Origin: Eledone cirrhosa
Taxonomy: Eukaryota
Assembly (NCBI GenBank): GCA_964016885.1
Contig: OZ024753.1
Span: 25,172,001-25,236,000 of the forward strand
Direction of reading: 5' to 3'
DNA length: 64,000 nucleotides
Shown here: positions 46,701-59,200 of the stretch, one piece after another
Numbering within the stretch: position 1 is the stretch's first letter
Layout: the number at the start of each line of letters is the position of its first letter
Made by a program: the position numbers and the translations under genes
Notes under the pieces: generated by a model
Told to the model about the DNA's origin: nothing
Database searches by the model: none
The model's input: the letters and a program-made list of their open reading frames with translations, nothing else

Positions 46701-49700
46701 TATAGAAACATGATAGTAATAACTCCAGTCAAGCTATAGAAACATGATAGTAATAACTCCAACCAAGACATAGAAACAGGATAGTAATAACTCCAACCAA
46801 GACATAGAAACAGGATAGTAATAACTCCAGACAAGACATAGAAACATGATAGTAATAACTCCAGCCAAGACATAGAAACATGATAGTAATAATCCCGACA
46901 AGATATAGAAACATGATAGTAATAACTCCAGTAGAGACATAGAAACATGATAGAAATAACTCCAGTCAAGATATAGAAACATAATAGTAATAACTCCAAT
47001 CAAGGTATAGAAACATGATAGTAATAACTCCAGTCAAGATATAGAAACATGATAGTAATATCTCCAGCCAAGATATAGAAACATGATAGTAATAACTCCA
47101 ACCAAGACATAGAAACATGATAGTAATAACTCCAACCGAGACATAGAAACAGGATAGTAATAACTCCAACCAAGATATAGAAACAGAATAGTAATAACTC
47201 CAACCAAAATATAGAAACATGATAGTAATAACTCCAAGCAAGATATAGAAACAGGATAGTAATAACTCCAACCAAGACATAGAAACAGGATCGTAATAAC
47301 TCCAACCAAAATATGGAAACATGATAGTAATAACTGCAATCAAAACATAGAAACAGGATAGTAATAACTCCAACCAAGACATAGAAACAGGATAGTAATG
47401 ACTCCAACCAAGACATAGAAACAGGATAGTAATAACTCCAACCAAGACATAGAAACAGGATAGTAATAACTCCAGCCAAGATATAGAAACAGGATAGTAA
47501 TAACTCCAACCAAGATATAGAAACAGGATAGTAATAACTCCAGCCAAGATATAGAAACAGGATAGTAATAACTCCAACCAAGACATAGAAACAGGATAGT
47601 AATAACTCCAACCAAGACATAGAAACAGGATAGTAATAACTCCAGCCAAGATATAGAAACAGGATAGTAATAACTCCAACCAAGACATAGAAACAGGATA
47701 GTAATAACTCCAACCAAGATATAGAAACATGATAGTAATAACTCCAGCCAAGATATAGAAACAGGATAGTAATAACTCCAACCAAGACATAGAAACAGGA
47801 TAGTAATAACTCCAACCAAGATATAGAAACATGATAGTAATAACTCCAACCAAGACATAGAAACAGGATAGTAATAACTCCAACCAAGATATAGAAACAT
47901 GATAATAATAACTCCAACCAAAATATAGAAACATGATAGTAATAACTCCAAACAAGATATAGAAACATGACAGTAATAACTCCAACCAAGACATAGAAAC
48001 ATGATAGTAATAACTCCAGTCAAGATATAGAAACATGATAGTAATAACCCCAATCAAGTTATAGAATCATGATAGTAATAACTCCAACCAAGACATAGAA
48101 ACATGATAGTAATAACTCCCACCAAGATATAGAAACATGATAGTAATAACTCCAACCAAGACATAGAAACAGGATAGTAATAACTCCAACCAAGACATAG
48201 AAACAGGATAGTAATAACTCCAGACAAGACATAGAAACATGATAGTAATAACTCCAGCCAAGACATAGAAACATGATAGTAATAATCCCGACAAGATATA
48301 GAAACATGATAGTAATAACTCCAGTCGAGACATAGAAACATGATAGAAATAACTCCAGTCAAGATATAGAAACATGATAGTAATAACTCCAGTCAAGATA
48401 TAGAAACATGATAGTAATAACTCCAATCAAGACATAGAAACATGATAGTAATAACTCCAGTCTAGATATAGAAACATGATAGTAATAACTCCAGTCAAGA
48501 TATAGAAACATGATAGTAATAACTCCAACCAAGACATAGAAACATGATAGTAATAACTCCAGTCAAGATATAGAAACATAATAGTAATAACTCCAATCAA
48601 GGTATAGAAACCTGATAGTAATAACTCCAGTCAAGATATAGTAACATGATAGTAATAACTCCAGCCAAGATATAGAAACATGATAGTAATAACTCCAACC
48701 AAGACATAGAAACAGGATAGTAATAACTCCAACCAAGATATAGAAACAGAATAGTAATAACTCCAACCAAAATATAGAAACATGATAGTAATAACTCCAA
48801 GCAAGATATAGAAACAGGATAGTAATAACTCCAACCAAGACATAGAAACAGGATCGTGATAACTCCAACCAAAATATGGAAACATGATAGTAATAACTGC
48901 AATCAAGACATAGAAACAGGATAGTAATAACTCCAACCAAGACATAGAAACAGGATAGTAATAACTCCAGCCAAGATATAGAAACAGGATAGTAATAACT
49001 CCAACCAAGACATAGAAACAGGATAGTAATAACTCCAACCAAGACATAGAAACATGATAGTAATAACTCCAGTCTAGATATAGAAACATGATAGTAATAA
49101 CTCCAGTCAAGATATAGAAACATGATAGTAATAACTCCAACCAAGACATAGAAACATGATAGTAATAACTCCAGTCAAGATATAGAAACATAATAGTAAT
49201 AACTCCAATCAAGGTATAGAAACCTGATAGTAATAACTCCAGTCAAGATATAGTAACATGATAGTAATAACTCCAGCCAAGATATAGAAACATGATAGTA
49301 ATAACTCCAACCAAGACATAGAAACAGGATAGTAATAACTCCAACCAAGATATAGAAACAGAATAGTAATAACTCCAACCAAAATATAGAAACATGATAG
49401 TAATAACTCCAAGCAAGATATAGAAACAGGATAGTAATAACTCCAACCAAGACATAGAAACAGGATCGTGATAACTCCAACCAAAATATGGAAACATGAT
49501 AGTAATAACTGCAATCAAGACATAGAAACAGGATAGTAATAACTCCAACCAAGACATAGAAACAGGATAGTAATAACTCCAGCCAAGATATAGAAACAGG
49601 ATAGTAATAACTCCAACCAAGACATAGAAACAGGATAGTAATAACTCCAACCAAGATATAGAAACATGATAGTAATAACTCCAGCCAAGATATAGAAACA

Positions 49701-50379
49701 GGATAGTAATAACTCCCGCCAAGATATAGAAACATGATAGTAATAACTCCAACCAAGATATAGAAACAGGATAGTAATAACTCCAACCAAGACATAGAAA
49801 CAGGATAGTAATAACTCCAGACAAGACATAGAAACATGATAGTAATAACTCCAGCCAAGACATAGAAACATGATAGTAATAATCCCGACAAGATATAGAA
49901 ACATGATAGTAATAACTCCAGTCGAGACATAGAAACATGATAGAAATAACTCCAGTCAAGATATAGAAACATGATAGTAATAACTCCAATCAAGGTATAG
50001 AAACATGATAGTAATAACTCCAGTCAAGATATAGAAACATGATAGTAATAACTCCAACCAAGACATAGAAACAGGATCGTAATAACTCCAACCAAGACAT
50101 AGAAACAGGATAGTAATAACTCCAGACAAGACATAGAAACATGATAGTAATAACTCCAGCCAAGACATAGAAACATGATAGTAATAATCCCGACAAGATA
50201 TAGAAACATGATAGTAATAACTCCAGTCGAGACATAGAAACATGATAGAAATAACTCCAGTCAAGATATAGAAACATAATAGTAATAACTCCAATCAAGG
50301 TATAGAAACATGATAGTAATAACTCCAGTCAAGATATAGAAACATGATAGTAATATCTCCAGCCAAGATATAGAAACAT
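37676..50379. repeat. Tandem duplication with 6,352-bp period (187 monomers, six of them 33 bp)
   Basis: Markers recur at +6352: 'actctagtc' ~37686/44038; 'aagctatag' ~40379/46731; 'cagtagag' ~40577/46929; 'caaaacat' ~40989/47341; 'taatgac' ~41044/47396; 'cccacc' ~41766/48118; and all six 33-bp units. Confidence 0.92.
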
Positions 50380-53299
50380 GATAGTAATAACTCCAACCAA
50401 GACATAGAAACATGATAGTAATAACTCCAACCGAGACATAGAAACAGGATAGTAATAACTCCAACCAAGATATAGAAACAGAATAGTAATAACTCCAACC
50501 AAAATATAGAAACATGATAGTAATAACTCCAAGCAAGATATAGAAACAGGATAGTAATAACTCCAACCAAGACATAGAAACAGGATCGTAATAACTCCAA
50601 CCAAAATATGGAAACATGATAGTAATAACTGCAATCAAGACATAGAAACAGGATAGTAATAACTCCAACCAAGACATAGAAACAGGATAGTAATAACTCC
50701 AGCCAAGATATAGAAACAGGATAGTAATAACTCCAACCAAGACATAGAAACAGGATAGTAATAACTCCAACCAAGATATAGAAACATGATAGTAATAACT
50801 CCAGCCAAGATATAGAAACAGGATAGTAATAACTCCAACCAAGACATAGAAACAGGATAGTAATAACTCCAACCAAGATATAGAAACATGATAGTAATAA
50901 CTCCAACCAAGACATAGAAACAGGATAGTAATAACTCCAACCAAGACATAGAAACAGGATAGTAATAACTCCAGCCAAGATATAGAAACAGGATAGTAAT
51001 AACTCCAACCAAGATATAGAAACAGGATAGTAATAACTCCAGCCAAGATATAGAAACAGGATAGTAATAACTCCAACCAAGACATAGAAACAGGATAGTA
51101 ATAACTCCAACCAAGACATAGAAACAGGATAGTAATAACTCCAGCCAAGATATAAAAACAGGATAGTAATAACTCCAACCAAGACATAGAAACAGGATAG
51201 TAATAACTCCAACCAAGATATAGAAACATGATAGTAATAACTCCAGCCAAGATATAGAAACAGGATAGTAATAACTCCAACCAAGACATAGAAACAGGAT
51301 AGTAATAACTCCAACCAAGATATAGAAACATGATAGTAATAACTCCAACCAAGACATAGAAACAGGATAGTAATAACTCCAACCAAGATATAGAAACATG
51401 ATAATAATAACTCCAACCAAAATATAGAAACATGATAGTAATAACTCCAAACAAGATATAGAAACATGACAGTAATAACTCCAACCAAGACATAGAAACA
51501 TGATAGTAATAACTCCAGTCAAGATATAGAAACATGATAGTAATAACCCCAATCAAGTTATAGAAACATGATAGTAATAACTCCAACCAAGACATAGAAA
51601 CATGATAGTAATAACTCCCGCCAAGATATAGAAACATGATAGTAATAACTCCAACCAAGACATAGAAACAGGATAGTAATAACTCCAACCAAGACATAGA
51701 AACAGGATAGTAATAACTCCAGACAAGACATAGAAACATGATAGTAATAACTCCAGCCAAGACATAGAAACATGATAGTAATAATCCCGACAAGATATAG
51801 AAACATGATAGTAATAACTCCAGTCGAGACATAGAAACATGATAGAAATAACTCCAGTCAAGATATAGAAACATGATAGTAATAACTCCAGTCAAGATAT
51901 AGAAACATGATAGTAATAACTCCAATCAAGACATAGAAACATGATAGTAATAACTCCAGTCTAGATATAGAAACATGATAGTAATAACTCCAGTCAAGAT
52001 ATAGAAACATGATAGTAATAACTCCAACCAAGACATAGAAACATGATAGTAATAACTCCAGTCAAGATATAGAAACATAATAGTAATAACTCCAATCAAG
52101 GTATAGAAACCTGATAGTAATAACTCCAGTCAAGATATAGTAACATGATAGTAATATCTCCAGCCAAGATATAGAAACATGATAGTAATAACTCCAACCA
52201 AGACATAGAAACAGGATAGTAATAACTCCAACCAAGATATAGAAACAGAATAGTAATAACTCCACCCAAAATATAGAAACATGATAGTAATAACTCCAAG
52301 CAAGATATAGAAACAGGATAGTAATAACTCCAACCAAGACATAGAAACAGGATCGTGATAACTCCAACCAAAATATGGAAACATGATAGTAATAACTGCA
52401 ATCAAGACATAGAAACAGGATAGTAATAACTCCAACCAAGACATAGAAACAGGATAGTAATAACTCCAGCCAAGATATAGAAACAGGATAGTAATAACTC
52501 CAACCAAGACATAGAAACAGGATAGTAATAACTCCAACCAAGATATAGAAACATGATAGTAATAACTCCAGCCAAGATATAGAAACAGGATAGTAATAAC
52601 TCCAACCAAGACATAGAAACAGGATAGTAATAACCCCAACCAAGATATAGAAACATGATAGTAATAACTCCAACCAAGATATAGAAACATGATAGTAATA
52701 ACTCCAACCAAGACATAGAAACAGGATAGTAATAACTCCAACCAAGACATAGAAACAGGATAGTAATAACTGCAGACAAGACATAGAAACAGGATAGTAA
52801 TAACTCCAGACAAGACATAGAAACATGATAGTAATAACTCCAACCAAGATATAGAAACATGATAGTAATAACTCCAACCAAGACATAGAAACAGGATAGT
52901 AATAACTCCAACCAAGACATAGAAACAGGATAGTAATAACTCCAGACAAGACATAGAAACAGGATAGTAATAACTCCAGACAAGACATAGAAACAGGATA
53001 GTAATAACTCCAGACAAGACATAGAAACATGATAGTAATAACTCCAACCAAGACATAGAAACAGGATAGTAATAACTCCAGACAAGACATAGAAACATGA
53101 TAGTAATAACTCCAACCAAGACATAGAAACATGATAGTAATAATCCCGACAAGATATAGAAACATGATAGTAATAACTCCAGTCAAGAGATAGAAACATG
53201 ATAGTAATAACTCCAGTCGAGACATAGAAACATGATAGTAATAACTCCAGTCAAGATATAGAAACATGATAGTAATAACTCCAGTCAAGATATAGAAAC

Positions 53300-56200
53300 A
53301 TGATAGTAATAACTCCAATCAAGACATAGAAACATGATAGTAATAACTCCAGTCTAGATATAGAAACATGATAGTAATAACTCCAGTCAAGATATAGAAA
53401 CATGATAGTAATAACTCCAACCAAGACATAGAAACATGATAGTAATAACTCCAGTCAAGATATAGAAACATAATAGTAATAACTCCAATCAAGGTATAGA
53501 AACATGATAGTAATAACTCCAGTCAAGATATAGAAACATGATAGTAATATCTCCAGCCAAGATATAGAAACATGATAGTAATAACTCCAACCAAGACATA
53601 GAAACATGATAGTAATAACTCCAACCGAGACATAGAAACAGGATAGTAATAACTCCAACCAAGATATAGAAACAGAATAGTAATAACTCCAACCAAAATA
53701 TAGAAACATGATAGTAATAACTCCAAGCAAGATATAGAAACAGGATAGTAATAACTCCAACCAAGACATAGAAACAGGATCGTAATAACTCCAACCAAAA
53801 TATGGAAACATGATAGTAATAACTGCAAACAAGACATAGAAACAGGATAGTAATAACTCCAACCAAGACATAGAAACAGGATAGTAATAACTCCAACCAA
53901 GACATAGAAACAGGATAGTAATAACTCCAACCAAGACATAGAAACAGGATAGTAATAACTCCAGCCAAGATATAGAAACATGATAGTAATATCTCCAGCC
54001 AAGATATAGAAACATGATAGTAATAACTCCAACCAAGACATAGAAACAGGATAGTAATAACTCCAACCAAGATATAGAAACATGATAGTAAGAACTCCAA
54101 CCAAGACATAGAAACAGGATAGTAATAACTCCAACCAAAATATAGAAACATGATAGTAATAACTCCAAACAAGATATAGAAACATGACAGTAATAACTCC
54201 AACCAAGACATAGAAACATGATAGTAATAACTCCAACCAAAATATAGAAACATGATAGTAATAACTCCAAACAAGATATAGAAACATGACAGTAATAACT
54301 CCGACCAAGATATAGAAACATGATAGTAATAACTCCAGTCAAGATATAGAAACATGATAGTAATAACCCCAATCAAGTTATAGAAACATGATAGTAATAA
54401 CTCCAACCAAGACATAGAAACATGATAGTAATAACTCCCGCCAAGATATAGAAACATGATAGTAATAACTCCAACCAAGACATAGAAACAGGATAGTAAT
54501 AACTCCAACCAAGACATAGAAACAGGATAGTAATAACTCCAGACAAGACATAGAAACAGGATAGTAATAACTCCAGACAAGACATAGAAACAGGATAGTA
54601 ATAACTCCAGACAAGACATAGAAACAGGATAGTAATAACTCCAGACAAGACATAGAAACATGATAGTAATAACTCCAACCAAGACATAGAAACAGGATAG
54701 TAATAACTCCAGACAAGACATAGAAACATGATAGTAATAACTCCAACCAAGACATAGAAACATGATAGTAATAATCCCGACAAGATATAGAAACATGATA
54801 GTAATAACTCCAGTCAAGAGATAGAAACATGATAGTAATAACTCCAGTCGAGACATAGAAACATGATAGTAATAACTCCAGTCAAGATATAGAAACATGA
54901 TAGTAATAACTCCAGTCAAGATATAGAAACATGATAGTAATAACTCCAATCAAGACATAGAAACATGATAGTAATAACTCCAGTCTAGATATAGAAACAT
55001 GATAGTAATAACTCCAGTCAAGATATAGAAACATGATAGTAATAACTCCAACCAAGACATAGAAACATGATAGTAATAACTCCAGTCAAGATATAGAAAC
55101 ATAATAGTAATAACTCCAATCAAGGTATAGAAACATGATAGTAATAACTCCAGTCAAGATATAGAAACATGATAGTAATATCTCCAGCCAAGATATAGAA
55201 ACATGATAGTAATAACTCCAACCAAGACATAGAAACATGATAGTAATAACTCCAACCGAGACATAGAAACAGGATAGTAATAACTCCAACCAAGATATAG
55301 AAACAGAATAGTAATAACTCCAACCAAAATATAGAAACATGATAGTAATAACTCCAAGCAAGATATAGAAACAGGATAGTAATAACTCCAACCAAGACAT
55401 AGAAACAGGATCGTAATAACTCCAACCAAAATATGGAAACATGATAGTAATAACTGCAAACAAGACATAGAAACAGGATAGTAATAACTCCAACCAAGAC
55501 ATAGAAACAGGATAGTAATAACTCCAACCAAGACATAGAAACAGGATAGTAATAACTCCAACCAAGACATAGAAACAGGATAGTAATAACTCCAGCCAAG
55601 ATATAGAAACATGATAGTAATATCTCCAGCCAAGATATAGAAACATGATAGTAATAACTCCAACCAAGACATAGAAACAGGATAGTAATAACTCCAACCA
55701 AGATATAGAAACATGATAGTAAGAACTCCAACCAAGACATAGAAACAGGATAGTAATAACTCCAACCAAAATATAGAAACATGATAGTAATAACTCCAAA
55801 CAAGATATAGAAACATGACAGTAATAACTCCAACCAAGACATAGAAACATGATAGTAATAACTCCAACCAAAATATAGAAACATGATAGTAATAACTCCA
55901 AACAAGATATAGAAACATGACAGTAATAACTCCGACCAAGATATAGAAACATGATAGTAATAACTCCAGTCAAGATATAGAAACATGATAGTAATAACCC
56001 CAATCAAGTTATAGAAACATGATAGTAATAACTCCAACCAAGACATAGAAACATGATAGTAATAACTCCCGCCAAGATATAGAAACATGATAGTAATAAC
56101 TCCAACCAAGACATAGAAACAGGATAGTAATAACTCCAACCAAGACATAGAAACAGGATAGTAATAACTCCAGACAAGACATAGAAACAGGATAGTAATA

Positions 56201-59200
56201 ACTCCAGACAAGACATAGAAACATGATAGTTATAACTCCAACCAAGACATAGAAACATGATAATAATAACTCCAACCAAAATATAGAAACATGATAGTAA
56301 TAACTCCAAACAAGATATAGAAACATGACAGTAATAACTCCAACCAAGACATAGAAACATGATAGTAATAACTCCAGTCAAGATATCGAAACATGATAGT
56401 AATAACTCCAGTCAAGATATAGAAACATGATAGTAAGAACTCCAACCAAGACATAGAAACAGGATAGTAATAACTCCAACCAAAATATAGAAACATGATA
56501 GTAATAACTCCAAACAAGATATAGAAACATGACAGTAATAACTCCAACCAAGACATAGAAACATGATAGTAATAACTCCAACCAAAATATAGAAACATGA
56601 TAGTAATAACTCCAGACAAGACATAGAAACATGATAGTTATAACTCCAACCAAGACATAGAAACATGATAATAATAACTCCAACCAAAATATAGAAACAT
56701 GATAGTAATAACTCCAAACAAGATATAGAAACATGACAGTAATAACTCCAACCAAGACATAGAAACATGATAGTAATAACTCCAGTCAAGATATCGAAAC
56801 ATGATAGTAATAACTCCAGTCAAGATATAGAAACATGATAGTAAGAACTCCAACCAAGACATAGAAACAGGATAGTAATAACTCCAACCAAAATATAGAA
56901 ACATGATAGTAATAACTCCAAACAAGATATAGAAACATGACAGTAATAACTCCAACCAAGACATAGAAACATGATAGTAATAACTCCAACCAAAATATAG
57001 AAACATGATAGTAATAACTCCAAACAAGATATAGAAACATGACAGTAATAACTCCGACCAAGATATAGAAACATGATAATAATAACTCCAACCAAAATAT
57101 AGAAACATGATAGTAATAACTCCAAACAAGATATAGAAACATGACAGTAATAACTCCAACCAAGACATAGAAACATGATAGTAATAACTCCAGTCAAGAT
57201 ATAGAAACATGATAGTAATAACCCCAATCAAGTTATAGAAACATGATAGTAATAACTCCAACCAAGACATAGAAACATGATAGTAATAACTCCCGCCAAG
57301 ATATAGAAACATGATAGTAATAACTCCAACCAAGACATAGAAACATGATAGTAATAACTCCAGTCAAGATATAGAAACATAATAGTAATAACTCCAATCA
57401 AGGTATAGAAACATGATAGTAATAACTCCAGTCAAGATATAGAAACATGATAGTAATATCTCCAGCCAAGATATAGAAACATGATAGTAATAACTCCAAC
57501 CAAGACATAGAAACATGATAGTAATAACTCCAACCGAGACATAGAAACAGGATAGTAATAACTCCAACCAAGATATAGAAACAGAATAGTAATAACTCCA
57601 ACCAAAATATAGAAACATGATAGTAATAACTCCAAGCAAGATATAGAAACAGGATAGTAATAACTCCAACCAAGACATAGAAACAGGATCGTAATAACTC
57701 CAACCAAAATATGGAAACATGATAGTAATAACTGCAAACAAGACATAGAAACAGGATAGTAATAACTCCAACCAAGACATAGAAACAGGATAGTAATAAC
57801 TCCAACCAAGACATAGAAACAGGATAGTAATAACTCCAACCAAGACATAGAAACAGGATAGTAATAACTCCAGCCAAGATATAGAAACATGATAGTAATA
57901 TCTCCAGCCAAGATATAGAAACATGATAGTAATAACTCCAACCAAGACATAGAAACAGGATAGTAATAACTCCAACCAAGATATAGAAACATGATAGTAA
58001 GAACTCCAACCAAGACATAGAAACAGGATAGTAATAACTCCAACCAAAATATAGAAACATGATAGTAATAACTCCAAACAAGATATAGAAACATGACAGT
58101 AATAACTCCAACCAAGACATAGAAACATGATAGTAATAACTCCAACCAAAATATAGAAACATGATAGTAATAACTCCAAACAAGATATAGAAACATGACA
58201 GTAATAACTCCGACCAAGATATAGAAACATGATAGTAATAACTCCAGTCAAGATATAGAAACATGATAGTAATAACCCCAATCAAGTTATAGAAACATGA
58301 TAGTAATAACTCCAACCAAGACATAGAAACATGATAGTAATAACTCCCGCCAAGATATAGAAACATGATAGTAATAACTCCAACCAAGACATAGAAACAG
58401 GATAGTAATAACTCCAACCAAGACATAGAAACAGGATAGTAATAACTCCAGACAAGACATAGAAACAGGATAGTAATAACTCCAGACAAGACATAGAAAC
58501 ATGATAGTTATAACTCCAACCAAGACATAGAAACATGATAATAATAACTCCAACCAAAATATAGAAACATGATAGTAATAACTCCAAACAAGATATAGAA
58601 ACATGACAGTAATAACTCCAACCAAGACATAGAAACATGATAGTAATAACTCCAGTCAAGATATCGAAACATGATAGTAATAACTCCAGTCAAGATATAG
58701 AAACATGATAGTAAGAACTCCAACCAAGACATAGAAACAGGATAGTAATAACTCCAACCAAAATATAGAAACATGATAGTAATAACTCCAAACAAGATAT
58801 AGAAACATGACAGTAATAACTCCAACCAAGACATAGAAACATGATAGTAATAACTCCAACCAAAATATAGAAACATGATAGTAATAACTCCAGACAAGAC
58901 ATAGAAACATGATAGTTATAACTCCAACCAAGACATAGAAACATGATAATAATAACTCCAACCAAAATATAGAAACATGATAGTAATAACTCCAAACAAG
59001 ATATAGAAACATGACAGTAATAACTCCAACCAAGACATAGAAACATGATAGTAATAACTCCAGTCAAGATATCGAAACATGATAGTAATAACTCCAGTCA
59101 AGATATAGAAACATGATAGTAAGAACTCCAACCAAGACATAGAAACAGGATAGTAATAACTCCAACCAAAATATAGAAACATGATAGTAATAACTCCAAA

